Shown here piece by piece: positions 25,907 through 39,828 of a stretch of DNA of 64,000 bases. The notes under the pieces are model-generated. The model saw nothing but the letters and a program-made list of their open reading frames with translations, did not search any database and had not been told where the DNA came from. The DNA is taken from NCBI GenBank assembly GCA_040954595.2, contig CM082593.2, positions 2,329,830 through 2,393,829 on the forward strand. The letters are read 5' to 3'. The DNA is from Balanoglossus misakiensis (Eukaryota > Animalia > Hemichordata). Each line of letters begins with the position of its first letter. The stretch's first letter is position 1. Position numbers and translations under genes: made by a program.

Positions 25907-28900
25907 TGTGCTTCCTGAATGGATACAAAAAATACACACACAAAGATTAAAACTCTTGCTTGCAGCGGGCTTTATCAGGTATCAAAAAAAGATTATACTG
26001 TATCCCGCTTTGAGACATTGCTGTTTCAGAGTATAGCATCTCTGTTCTGAGTATAAAATACTTGACTAGATTATTGCCACAAATTCAACATTTTCACTCA
26101 AATATTTTGAGGATTTCACAGAAAAGTTGCACATGTGCAGAACAGACGACACTCTCCCTTTAAAAGGGACCCATAAATGTTAAACTTTGACCCTCAAGAA
26201 GTACACTGAACCAAACACACTCATTTTCATTTCCTAACAAGTTTGATTTACATTCTACGCTGCAAGGTAAACTGTAGACATCTGTCGCTCTGTGACTGTT
26301 TCCGTGATTTTTTTTCTTCTTCTTTATAACGTACTCTACAAGACGAAAGTACATGCATTGATTGCATGTGCCTGGCAACCATAAATCTTGTCTAACATTT
26401 GATGAATCTTAGATTTGGCTTTAGGATGTCAAATCAATAACTGATATCTCTGACCCACGCAAATCAATATCCTGTGCAACCAAGATATTCAAGTCCATCA
26501 ATTTTAATTCTCAATTGCCATTGACATTATGCCCCAAACCTTCACATATGACAAGGCAATCATAATGACTGCATCATACCAAAGTTTAATGACTGTTCCC
26601 TACAGCCTTGAAGCAAGGCTGTATATTAAGACTTTGCAAAGTGCATAGTGTATTATAACAAACCATATTTTTATCAAATCTGCATCGATTTGATGTTTTC
26701 TAGAATTTTCCTTGTACCTTCAGTGTAATATTTCTTGTGTTACTATTAATTGTTCGCATCAGCGACAGATATGTTGCATCACCTGAAGGAACCTACTTAT
26801 ACACACGTGTGTACCATTCGCTTTACTTTGTTGAGGTCAAAGTTCAAACAGAGTCCGGTAAAAATGGCAACATGTGTGCGGTAAAACAGAATTACTATAA
26901 TGTAACCATAGCGACAGCACCTCCTGGGAACTGAACTGCCATGTATAAGCATTAATCTACTGGCAGCATGTGGCCACCTTTGATATTTGGATGCAGAAAT
27001 TTCATTGCATGGTTTTATTATATTTCCATTAATTTCCATCAAGCCATTTTCTCTTTCCTGCAGAGAACAGCAGGTTCTTATTATTGACAGAGAATAAATC
27101 ACAGATCAGTCATATTGCCTCCAATTTCGATGAAAACACTCAGCATTAGTTCCTTGGAAACCTACTCTAATATTTCCACGAATTTTGAGATTTCTGTAGA
27201 TCATAAAAATAAACTTTCAGAATGTACGATACATGAAGATAACAATTATATGGTATCTTCGTCAAAAATACAAATATTTGCGAGGATGACATATGCAGAC
27301 CAAACTTTAAATTATATTGAATTATGACGATCCCATATGGTCTCACACAAATTAAATTTATACTCCTTCCATCAAACCCTGCCCCTGTTAACACGCAAAA
27401 CATTCAAACATTACCTTGACGACCAGTACCAGGTAGAACACTGGTGATTTTTAAATTGAAATGTAGAAATGCAGCCAAGCTGTTTTCGTTGGTGACAAAA
27501 AAACCAAGCCATTGTCAATGACATAGTCCTTGTTGGACTAATAGATTAAGAAAACATTGCAGGAAACCATGGCATGTTTTCCTATCTAAGCCCAATCTAA
27601 AATGACTATAAAAACACTCATTAAATTTATTGTGATGATATTGGGCAATTGATCAATTGAAAAAAGTATTTTAATACCCTAACTTCAGGTTAATCAAGGG
27701 GATAAAAACATGCTCCCTGTATGTTCAACTGTGACAGGTGTGTATATGAGCAACCATCACACCTTTATAGTTTAGTTGCCACAAATGAATGTATGGTACT
27801 GTGGGGTGATACTGTTGGAACATCTGGGAATTTATGGTGATATGCAGATTAAAATATAAAAGGGTGCCACTAAACCGAGGAGAACTGCTCAGGGCGCACG
27901 CACGCACACAAACAAGGAAATACGATAACAGCAGGGAACGTAGGATAAGCTGCAAAAGAAGATAATAAAATTACCTGTAGTGTTGGATAAAGAGGCTACC
28001 CCATGCTGATGTTATTCAATTACACTGCATGCGGAGGGGACAGATTAACGTTTCTTATACTCAACCAGTGTCTCTTTCATTTAATGGCTCAAAATGTGCC
28101 CTTTTTACAGACGCTATCAACTCATGTCTGCGCGTCTGCAGATGATTGAATCTTACAAGCCGCTAAATCATGACATATCCCCGGTAACACGGTTATACCT
28201 GTATCTTTGACTTGCATGGAGTTCCAGCATTGACTTCAACAACTGATGTTTCCAGTGAAAAATGAAATGCTCGCATTTGTTTCTCACAAGAGTAATCCTT
28301 CATACTCGAGAAATTAAGCCTCCATTGTAAAAATGCTCTCTGTAGATGTACTTATGTATGTCGTATAAACTGCCATAATGTCTACAGACTCTGCTCCATC
28401 TTTTTACATGTTTGTTGAACACTCTTATTTGACATATGTCTAAGAAAAATAGGTTTAATATCTTAAATCGATTTCCAAATGAGGCACGTTTTCAGAATTT
28501 AAGCTCAGACTACAGGTGTACATGTAAGACAACCCAAACGGTTACCTATTCATAAGGTTTAATCAGTTTTGGCTGCCGGCAGCAAATGGATTGAACACCC
28601 TGATCACCACAAGTGAAACATAACCCTAAGCCTTCTATATGGTGTTTCATGTCATGAAATGGGATTTCACAGAGGCTTTTCTGATTGAACTTTATCGATA
28701 GCATCTGCAGAAAGAGGACACAAATCCTCGTACAATTTGTCCAAGCAAGTGATTTAGATGTTCTGATCATGTTAAAGGTTATCGTCTTTCTAAATGTGTA
28801 ATCACAAGTGAAGTTATCTGATCTTCATTTGTGTGTCTGTAAATTTCCTTTACATACATTCCGCATCCTGAAGAAGCTTTCCGTGCTGGGAATATCAAGA

Positions 28901-29396
28901 GAAGTCAAGATTGTGGAATATCGGGAGACAGCTTTATCAAAATTCATTGATATTTTGTGGACCAAATCAAAGTTATGAATATCAGGATGGAAGGAGACAT
29001 ATTTAAAGCCTAAACTTTAGGTTTTTCGCAGAAAGTTCCAGCTGTTACGATTTAGGACCTAATCCCCCCTTCTCTCTCTTTATCTCTCAAGGAATCCAAA
29101 AGCAACTCTTATCAAAAGAATTTCTGGACAGTTAGCAAAATAAATTGGAGACACTGCGATTGTTCAAGATTGCCCAAGGACCTTATCAACTCCAAAAGTA
29201 TAAATGTAAGTATTATAGAAATTTTCATGTGCTACGTCATGGTTACACCAATCATGAAGTGAATAATATGAAATAGATAACATATAAAACATGAATTCAA
29301 ATGTGAAATCTCCCGCGAGGTGAAGTACTTGTCTTTATCTAAAAGAATCTAAAAAAAATATATTCATTTAAAAAAATCATACAATGAAGAGATTAC

Positions 29397-29437
29397 CTTC
29401 TGTAGCCATGACGTTGACGAAACTACTTGAAGTTGAA
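29397..29437 (-). other. Candidate upstream GGCX exon encoding MATEG- in frame with the main first coding exon
   Basis: Strong acceptor (ttttctgtttctgctcag), gtcATGG context and GAA G|gtaat phase-1 donor. It joins cag|GA AGC ACA ATG AGA at ~25914 in frame. Confidence 0.5.
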
Positions 29438-32400
29438 CTGAGCAGAAACAGAAAAGCACACAAAACTTATCAGACGTGGTTTACAGCTTGAGCAGTTGAG
29501 ACTAGTGGAGAGCTTGGCAAACAGTTGGTCTGTTTAACACAGTCAGCTGCTTCACAGAATTTATTTCTGAATGGAGCTGGGAACGTGTATGAGAACACGG
29601 GCCTTAACATCACCAAGTTAAGAGGAGAACAGGTCATGCGGAGCAAACCATTATTCCTAGCTCTCGAAATTCCCTCTAAGGGTATCAGACGAGAATGAGC
29701 CAATCCACTCTATGTGTAATACTGGTATAATATATATGGTATATCAGTCCACTCAGATGCATGGATTCAGAAAATTTGCATAGATGTACATCAAACTAAT
29801 ACATGGATGATTTGCATGAATCAATCTGATACATCACAGATGCTTGTGCATCATTAAAATATAGCAATAACATAAGGTTTCATATTCATGTTATGATATA
29901 CATAATCACATGAATACAAAATACTGTGATTTTTTTCATGTGTGTTTTTAAAAGAATGCAACCATCAGACACCCCTCTCCATCAACTTTGCCAAGTGAAA
30001 TGGAACAGTCTTGTTGATCTGTATTGCGGTTGAGTACATTTCTCAAGAGGCAGCAGGGGTGACAGGTTAAAAGAATCCAATTTGCTTTCATTTAATCTGA
30101 AAAGCGAAAGTAAATCATACCTGACATGATAGTTTTATCAGAATGCAAATAATCACACATGGTCCCATAACTGGAACGAAAAAAACTGGCTGTAATCTCC
30201 AGAATGATTATATTTGATGGCAGATGCCTTTTACTTTTTTTGTTTCCATCACGCAAAGACATTTTTTTCCATCAGACTTGGTTTTCACGATCTGTTCGCA
30301 AGCAGTCTGCTCCATCCCTGCTGCGACACAGAGAAATTGGGACACAGCAGACGGATGGGTTTAATAGAATATACAATATGATTCATGCACTTACAAATTG
30401 CGGTTTGGTCAATGGTGAGTGGATTGACTTAATGGAGTAGAGTGATGGATGTGTAAAAGGTTGGGTAGGTTGAAGTCCGGTAGGTGTGTACATAGGTAAC
30501 CGCAAATGAACAGATGCAGTGTGTGGGCGAATGGGCAGTCTCTATGATATATGTGTATGCATGGTTAGATGAATGATGAATGGAAGGAAGGAAAGGATGA
30601 ATGGAGAGATGGAGGGATGTGGGAACATTTCTTCAGTTTGTTTTGGAGCTATAAAGCTAATTCCCACACTTTCAAGCTCACAGGTTTTTTGTGATTATAC
30701 TTAGCTTGGTTCAGACAGCAATGTGTAGATGTACATGTATAGTGTTTCATTTACGCTGCGATGTTAGGAGATTATGCACAAGCCCCGCCCCTGTCTGTAA
30801 CACACCCAGGGGGTATCTGAGTGGAACTGTATCACAGCCTTTGTATAAAGGTTGTCTGAAACCTCCTCTTAATAATTCCACGTGTGCCTATAAGAGGCGA
30901 TATATGCCCACGCCCCAACCTTTAAAATCACGCTTGAAGTCAAGCTTTTCAAATCTGGCATTTTGTGTTGTACGTGAATTATTCAGCTAGAAAACTGATG
31001 ACTGAGGGTGATAAGTGGGTGGGTTCCCCAAAGCCAACCAAGGCGGCTGTATTCAGTTTTCAAAGTTCACCCAATGACTTAACACTGGGGAATTAAGACT
31101 TTTAAAACTCTGAAATCCATAGAAACAGGTTGTCATTTTATTGTATGTTATTATACACATGTTAAAGTTACTGTCATTGACACAGTGTCCATTTAATTAT
31201 TCTGGCGGCATCCAAAATAAGAAAATGTACTTCATCATCACACAGACTCAAGGAAATGCATCATTTACAACATTGAAGGAGTTTCTTTAATTTCAGCGAT
31301 CTAGTGAAAGAGGCATTTGAACAGAAAGATAAATTATCAGAGTAAAAAATCCCCCCTAATCTTTCTGTGTCCAATGAGAAATGCAAAGCTCATTTTCTGC
31401 CTGGACAAACACAAGTACGTTCCCAATCTTGAGCTCATTAAACATAATTACTTACCACTTTACCTTTCCTATCCAGCGATATATTCTAATTTTAAAACCA
31501 TCTACAGTCGCAGAATGGCACATCACTGTAATATGGTTTACATGATATATTGATCATGGTTGTACAGTTTGCTCCTGTGCAGAGATTGTTTTCGGTAAAG
31601 TCTGTAATAGAGGTCAAAAAGGCTTCCTATTTCATCCACTGCAAAATTCACCGTGAGTCGAGTTCAATACATTTCACATGAAGTAAGATGATCTCAGCTA
31701 GAACACAGCTGTACAGAGACATGCAAGGAAAATTGGATGACTGGGGCCAGGGGACACGTATCGTAGAAAGTCTTAGAATACAAACCTTTCTCAATTGCAA
31801 ATCTGAAATCCTATCCTCGTGATTTCATCTCTGTATCATTTGAAAACCAGCTGATACACTCCCACATCTAATTCACACATATTTCAAGAGCCTGTCCACC
31901 TTTTTTACGCAAGTATATTGATTTCCAGTCACATCCAAGCCAAGTCACCACGACTGAACAACTATTTATAGAATCTTCAGTCTATAACCTCTTTCTGCAT
32001 ATTGGCGAGAGAGGTTGTTATTCCGCCCACTTTTTTCCCGTCTAATATTGCCCTTATTGGGTTATTGGCGTCAAAGTTTGAACTTTCATAATTTGATTAT
32101 TCGCTCTGAGAACTGTGGTGTTACACTATGCTATTCTACAGTTGCAGGTGATATTTTATTCACTGACTTGCAAGTCTACTGTACAGGAAAGATTAATTTC
32201 AGAAAATCCCTGAGAAACTAACTCAAGATCAGTTAGTCCGAGTACGGACGTAGGGGTCATAACTCCCTAAAATGAATCATCCTAATGAATTATTCCCTTG
32301 AAATCAACACAACTGATATTAACTGCAGGCAATGTTTATTTCCTATGACGCCATGAGGTTTTGCATTCTGTGACTCTATCAAGAAAGGTGTCAGCCAGAC

Positions 32401-35166
32401 TTGTTAATCTTCCAATTTGCAGTGTAAATGACACACTGTAATGGTGATGAAGGGGATGGCCGCATCTCTGTGTTTGTCACAAACATGCAGAAATGTCCCA
32501 GAGTGTAAAATTCTAACAGAGCGAACTAAATCTTCTGTACATCCATAAGGTTAATGGTTAACTTAATAGGCGCACCTTCACTGATAAAATATCAACAAAG
32601 CTGTCAGTATCACCACTTTTTAAAAATCCACCTCACATACGGAATTTATTAATTTTTTTGTTCATTTTGATATTATAATGCAAACAAGCAACTTTTAAAT
32701 GTTCACACTAACATATGGAATGATATGGACATGCACATGACAAGGTATATTTCAAAACAAGACAGTATTGTTTTATTTGCCTACATGAACTGAATAGAAC
32801 ACACATGAACGACTGAATATTTTAAAAAGGACAGTATTTTTATTCCGAGATCATTTAGTTTCCTTTTTAACACCCCCAGAGGATGTCCTTGAAACAGAGG
32901 TGTAGAAAGAAAGAGAGGTTTTGTTGAAGAAAGCTGTGATATGTATCAAGTGGACTGATGTGACATTTCGTAACGGCTCTTAATTGAGCTCCTTGTTATG
33001 TATTCCACAGCAAAAACGCTAAAACAGACACTCAGATCGCGCGGAAGACTTTCCCTCGTAAAAACCGAATCAACTATATTAGAGAGACGACAGGAGAGCA
33101 GTGATGAAAAGACAGATCTGTCAATTAGTCAGATGGTGGTGTACTTCAGTACGCAGGATGTTAAAAAGTCAGGCCATTCAGTCTATTAACAGTATGTACC
33201 GTCTGAGGTTTACGTGTTGGCCAGTGAAGTGACGTTATTTCATAGCGGAAACGTAACTTAGTGAGTGTAGAATGTCATCGTATACACGTACATTCACAAA
33301 TGAATTTTAAAGTGACTACTTTATGGCTGCTGGGACCAGCCAAAGATTGCCTACCACACCAGTGATTTCACTAATTTGCTGATTTCAGTGTATCTATGGC
33401 AACCTCAGACAGGCAGTTCAATACATCAAGTGATGTCATATTTCGTAACTGTGTGCCCGGCAATCAATCTGAAGTGTGTTTGTGGGCGTAATTGAGAAAC
33501 CATTAGTGATGGCAAGATAGCCAGTGGCTGTGTTTCAATTGATCAATTATTCAGTCGGAATAAATGTCAATTGAATATGGGGCGATATGATTTTTTTAAA
33601 AGACTGTTTTAGTATTTTAAAGTGAAGAATTAAAGTGGGGTTTTTAACATGAAACAAACTGTTCTGATGTAAGCTCTTGTTCCAAAGGATCTATAATTGA
33701 AATCCTCATGAATTTAGACAGATCAGAATGAAATAATGAGAACATACACGTAAAGTTCAATTCAGCTTTGTATTATTTATCATGTACTTTCCTGACTACA
33801 AGTATCAGGGGTCCAGAAGCTATAAGTTTAATTGCCCTCTGGCGGACACGATTTCTGGATTATTCGAAGTCGTGTGCAGTTTTAAAGACGTGACTAACGA
33901 ATATAATGGGCAATGACTTTTTTTCTGATTTGCAATCAATTTGAGACTTGTAAGTCTTTGATTCAGCCTTGCAACCATATGTAAAATCCAAGTCTGTGTA
34001 TCAATGGGAATTGTGGGAAATTTATTTTAGCAAATCACATGTTTCTGTTAAGACTAACAGAATACGTGGTCAAAGTTTTACCTGAATTTCATGTATTTCA
34101 GACCTGTATGAAATGCCATATTGCAGTAGCCAAGCAGTATAAATTAATCTTCTAATAACCATATAGAGGCACATTTTTTCTGCATGACTACCCAAGTGAA
34201 ATTCTGTGATTGGTTAGAACTCAACTTTCCAATGTAACTGTAGCTTAATTTGCATATTAATCATATTCCTTTAAAATATTCTGTTTTCTTGTATGTACCA
34301 GGTCTATTGACTCTGTCATAAATCTTGAATATTATTTCTCTGGGCAAACAATTCTTGATTAATGTAAATATTAAAGCGTGACTTCCACGTGTGCAAATTT
34401 GATGAAATGCTAAGCAATCACTGAGTGTTTGAACATATTGAACAGTCACTGAGAAATTAAATATTTTGCAAAAATGGCAATTTCCTGATTGTTCAATGTA
34501 AGTGAAACCTTGAAATCACAGGTCACTGGAAAAAAATGCTGCTTCGTGAGGCAGTAGCATGAAAAAATATTTGTATATCTCAAATGAGACATGAAATTGC
34601 CTTTCGCTCATATCTGGAGAACTTTGAAATCAATGTCAGCTCTAAGAATGAAGACATACATGTTTTTTGTGTCTGATCTTTTTTCAGATGACGAATTCCT
34701 TGTGTTACTAAACACACATTGACTGAATCTGTCCATGGTTGGGTAATTGCACAAAGAAGAGTGTCTGATGTCACGCCTGTACATCACCCCGTATCTGACA
34801 AACATAGCCAGTCAATATTCGTATATCCTGTATCATAACGAAAGTACATGCACCAGGTATACATGTCAGATTGAAACACAATTCCAGCTATAGTGAAACA
34901 TGGATGGAGTAGGTGAGTGTCATTTATCTGCTAATGGCTTTTATCTGCTTCACAATTACAGACACTGTATATTCAACAGAAATCATGTACATGTAAAGTT
35001 ATACAGCCATGTATAGGTGGGTGCTGTGTGTGTGATATCTGAGACAAGGCAATACATCACATGGCCATCATATAAGTGATAGGTGATATTCCTTTAATCA
35101 TCGTGTTTGTCACTGGCACAGGTGATTGTGAAGTCAAGAGCAATGTTATGTATTGTAGTAAAAGAA

Positions 35167-35609
35167 AGCTTTCTCACAGCCCCTTCTTTGCTACAAGTGT
35201 GTCCTCTAAGGCCATATGACGAGTCACAGACTCAACAAACTCACTGGTGACTCAAGAAAATTATCCACATTACATGCAAAGTGTAGGGCTATAGTTTTAA
35301 GAGCTTTAAGTTAATTTGAGTACATTTAGAAATACTCAAATTGACCTTAATCTTTTAAAAACTATGTTTGTTTAGAGGGCACACTGGTTGCTATGCTGGT
35401 CTGATTCTCTGCTGTGCACACAGCCACTCAAAGAAGTACACGTAGTACGTACAGCGTGCACTGATTTCCCATGATCCTCTGCTGTACCTCTGGTGACCCT
35501 TCTCTGTGAATAACCAGCTTTGCTGACTCAGCAAACATCGAGCTTCTCAGGGCAAACAATCAATCAGAGGATAAAAAGTTGGCGTAGAAAGAAGGGCTGT
35601 GAGAGAGCT
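35167..35609. mobile_element. ~440 bp element with ~27 bp imperfect terminal inverted repeats (MITE-like)
   Basis: agctttctcacagccccttctttgctac (35167) is the near reverse complement of gtagaaagaagggctgtgagagagct (35584-35609). Confidence 0.6.
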
Positions 35610-36655
35610 AGTAGTATCATGAGTTAAAGAGAAGCTTGAGATATACAGTCCTCGACGAAAACTGCCTGTGGATAAATGTTAAGAAGATAAAGAAACGTAC
35701 ATGATGTATGTACATGAGTGTACGTGTCAAAATGATTAACCCCTCAAAGCACTCAACGAAGTTTTCAGCTTCAGTGTCGTTTTCAGTGTCAACGAGTTGT
35801 CACTTCTCTAAATACCATGAAATGGGGAACAGTTTGTTTGAAGAAAAATGATTATTTCGCGGAATTGTGAATGAAATGCTCCCACAAACGTCAACAAGCT
35901 TGACGATCAGAAAAGTGGGCGTGGTCTAAATACTGGTAGATTCGTTGGTAGAAATTCGTGGGGTACAAAACCCGGGGATCAGGACGATCACACGGGTCAG
36001 AAATCATTCATCAAGCGTAACGGACGTTGAGACACCGGTTGGATCACTTGGGCGTCGCGTAGCAACAGATTTCGCTCCCTCCATACGAGACTCGGACCAG
36101 TCCGTCGTCTGCTCAAACTTCATACAGTCTCTGCTCCGATCGATCGTAAATCATGGATTATTTGCGATGAACATTCATTTCTCTGAGAAACGGCCGAAAG
36201 CTGTGTACTTACAGTTGGAAGGAAAAGCATTATACTTTACCTTGCTTTCTTGTAGTAACCATGATAGCAGAATTCGTATTCCTTTCCGTCGTGACCTTGG
36301 CGTTAACAAACTTTCAAAGGTCATAAAGTTTTAAAACAACATCGTGAATGAATGTGGCATCAAAACTTGGTAAACTGACCTCGTGTAAAACGCGTTTTCA
36401 TTCTCGAGATTCTCATTTAACCGATATATGACATACGATCACAAAGTTCATAAAGACAACAATATTCGATGTACCACCGTCGCGTCCGAGTCGTCGAGTC
36501 TTGTATATTGCAGAAATCTACATGATCTTCTTAATCTTGCAAACTTTACATCTGCCGTTGGTGGCGCCATATCACCTCGTCTTACTTTACTGAAATTTGT
36601 TTAAAAAATTTGGTTGGAAAATTGTGATTGTCTCATTTCAGTTTGATTTAAGAAA

Positions 36656-37906
36656 CTATCCCTTTATAAGTTCTTTGTTGCCATAGTAGATAAATCGGCA
36701 TATTTCTCCGAAAGCGCTCTTGAGAAGTTTAATATTTTCGGGAGTATAGTTAATTTCTTTGTCTCTGTTTTCTGGACTGAGGTAAAAGTTTCTTATGAAG
36801 GTATGTATGGTGTAATGGCCCTCCCACCATCTGTAATGACCAACGAATATCTGCCAACAGTCGTTCCAGTTTGGTTTCACGAGGGAATCCTCCTCGATGT
36901 GTATTAGCTCTGGGTACTGGATAGCCAGGGCGTTCGGGTAGAGAATGGAATCACAGTTCCAACTCCGTCTTGTGTAGAATCGATATCCCCGGTAATACCA
37001 CTTCAAGAACTTGGAATCCTTGTTGGCGATGATGATTCCGTTGTTCAGTCGGGTCTCACTTTCTCTGCCCATGACGAAGTTGTAATGACGCAGTGGTTCC
37101 AACGACTTGACGACGATAACGTCATTGTCCATGTAGACTCCACCATGCTGCAAAAGAATTTCCAGTCTCGCCATGTCAGATTTGTGCTGAATTTTGGACT
37201 TTTTAAAATCATGGCCGAAATTGCTGCGGGGCTGGTCTCTGTGTAGAACCTGAAGAGTTGGGATTGTCCTGAGGGCTTCGTCCCAATACTTGCCCACTGG
37301 TTCGCTATCCGTGTGGAACATGATTTTGTCGGCCCGCATTATTTTGTAGGCGCTCAGCAAAGACACCAGGTGGTCGAAACGGAAGGGCTGTTGGCCGAAC
37401 CACACGTAATGAGCGATATTGGGAACAACTGCAAAATTGTGTCTTTGCGCAGTGAACGTTTTCAGCTTTTCATAGGACACTTTCCTGCAAAAAGGCAAAA
37501 CGTCTTCTTTTTTGGAAATGTTGAATTCATGGCCTTGGTGCAGTAACTGTTTCACAGAGCGAATGCAGTCGAGAGATATTTTATTACCATTCGTTGCTGA
37601 AGCTTTTGGTAAAATTCTGTTTTCAAAATAAGTCTCTGAAAGATTCTTTTTCCGAGTTGTGTTCTCCAAATAAGTCATCAACAAACCGACCTTCGTTGAT
37701 GATGCGAGTTTGAAGGGTTCCGAGTATTGATCAGCGCCATATGGTATCCATGGTGATGCAGCAAACGTTTGCTTCTCTTTTTCTTCATACTGCTCGCGAC
37801 TGCCCGAAAAAGACTTGAAAGCATGGAAAATGTGAAAAAGTACGACAAGTGAACATGTCAGGAGAAGAACGGCTGTGAGGCGTCTCCAAACATACTTGCG
37901 ATGCAT
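36656..37906 (-). CDS. Intronless type II membrane glycosyltransferase, GT32/DXD sugar-binding family (A4GNT/A4GALT-like)
   Basis: 416-aa ORF with an N-terminal signal anchor, VPNIAHYVWFG, HKSDMARLEILLQHGGVYMDNDVIV (DxD) and LNNGIIIA. Confidence 0.9.
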   Translation of the reverse strand: MHRKYVWRRLTAVLLLTCSLVVLFHIFHAFKSFSGSREQYEEKEKQTFAASPWIPYGADQYSEPFKLASSTKVGLLMTYLENTTRKKNLSETYFENRILPKASATNGNKISLDCIRSVKQLLHQGHEFNISKKEDVLPFCRKVSYEKLKTFTAQRHNFAVVPNIAHYVWFGQQPFRFDHLVSLLSAYKIMRADKIMFHTDSEPVGKYWDEALRTIPTLQVLHRDQPRSNFGHDFKKSKIQHKSDMARLEILLQHGGVYMDNDVIVVKSLEPLRHYNFVMGRESETRLNNGIIIANKDSKFLKWYYRGYRFYTRRSWNCDSILYPNALAIQYPELIHIEEDSLVKPNWNDCWQIFVGHYRWWEGHYTIHTFIRNFYLSPENRDKEINYTPENIKLLKSAFGEICRFIYYGNKELIKG

Positions 37907-39828
37907 TGTTACTCCAAATACAAGTGATGTTTCGCGCAGTGTTAATCTCGAGGTCCGTTCGTGTGTAGCTATATACTTTCACAGCATCGTGGAGTTTCCT
38001 GCAAGTAAGCAAAATCTCAGAGACGTAAAAACTCATGCCATAACCAATATTTAAGGCATATCTTGTATGTTTTCCCGATCGTTATTACAAAGTTTACATT
38101 CCCATGGAAAGTTGAATGACCATGTACAAACGTGGATACTAGCAAAATCGATCGCCTAAATTGTGGTCTTCTGACTACAGTTTCGGAAAATGTGTGCATA
38201 TAACAGCACGTCGACCATTTGCCGTTGTTGGCGCTCCTCGTAATTTTCTGATTCGACTGTATTCGCCAATTTCTCGTGTGAAAAGGATCACAAATAGCCT
38301 AGGCAACCACACTTGTTTCATCGGGCAGAAATGGTCATATGTGATGGTTCATCCATTTAATCTTTACGGCAAATGTCAGATTTTATCGTTGTAGCAAAAC
38401 GCCTGGCCATGCATGATTCATGCTTAAATCTGTATGACAAATTACAGTGAAGTGGTATACATGTACTTACTATCACATAACTGGTACAAGCACGCGATGA
38501 TCTACGTACATTTAATACGTGCCGATAAATGTAGTGTATGTAATCTTGGTAAAAGTAACGAAATTTCGCGAGAAAACAGAAAAGCAGACAAATACCTACC
38601 TTATCCCGTTTTCAATATACGCCACTCTCTTGCAAAGAAGAGCCTTTTGCCATACAGCATTGGTACAGCACTGTTTGTAATAGGATTTGCACCAGCTGTG
38701 GGATTTCAATATATTTTCACTACGTTGTGACATATTGTGGCGTTGCTATGTACTCTATCCCCAACAATTATGGGATGTCTCAAGTGGGATGGTTTACTTA
38801 CTTTTCCCGCAGCCCACCAGAGAAAAAACGTCTTAGTGAACTGATTGATGAAAATGTTTTTGACCAGTTATGTATTTCTGAAGTATATAAAAACTCTTCG
38901 TAGTTGAGAGCACCATTAAAGTTCTAAGCATTATAAAAATCCGAATCGACGACAGAAACGTGCAAGATATCTTTGTATATATTAAAAGTTGTTTGTTCAA
39001 ATCAATGTAATTTCAAAAAGTGAAAACCACAAGACTAGTGAGATTTTAACGCGACTGCACCATTCTGCTGTTGTGATAGCGCCCTCTCAAGCTGAGTTTT
39101 GAAATATCTCCCATGGAAAGTTGGGATCTAGCCAACCAACGATTTTAAAGGGATGGCCACTCGAAAAAAGTGCTTATATGTCTCTTGCTACTGTTCGTAC
39201 TTGCAAGTTTCAGTTTCAAAGATGGTCACTCCAAAGGGACCGTCCGTGGGAATAGCCCTATGAATAGTCAAGAAAGTTTGGTATTTTATTACACTTTCTT
39301 TGTATCTAATTTTTCTGGAAGGTGTGTCGCCATGCTGTATTATAACCCTCAAAACCACACATTCAGCAATAATAAGTACACGATAGAAGGACCACACTGA
39401 GTTCATGTTGTTTTACTGTCTGGGCGAGACGTTCCAACTCATTAATATTCAACAAAATAATGATCTGTGACGTCACCAGATAACCACAAAACAGTCGGTT
39501 CGGAGAAACGGGCGAGTAATATTTATCTTTGGCTCGCGCAGGATCGTTCACATTCACGGAAACAGTGACTCGTGGCCATCTTCACCAAGAGGTGTTAAAA
39601 TCTACTGAAGGCCTGGCATTTTCTGTCTTCATTGTATATTTCGTGCTTGGTTTCATTGGTACGGCGGTGGCGATTGGATCCTGTACATTATTCATTTACA
39701 TGTAGAGAAAAACATGGCGGCGAAATATACATCGGTCTTGTGCGATCAACGTGTGTGCTACAATATGTAAACTCCAACGCTCCCTTATAGTTCATTTTGC
39801 AAAATTTCACTGTAACCAGTTTCTCAGT

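Noticed and set aside
26000-35900. Many 60-100 aa ORFs in the non-coding interval
   Set aside because: No recognisable domains or coherent exon chain; they are the size expected by chance.
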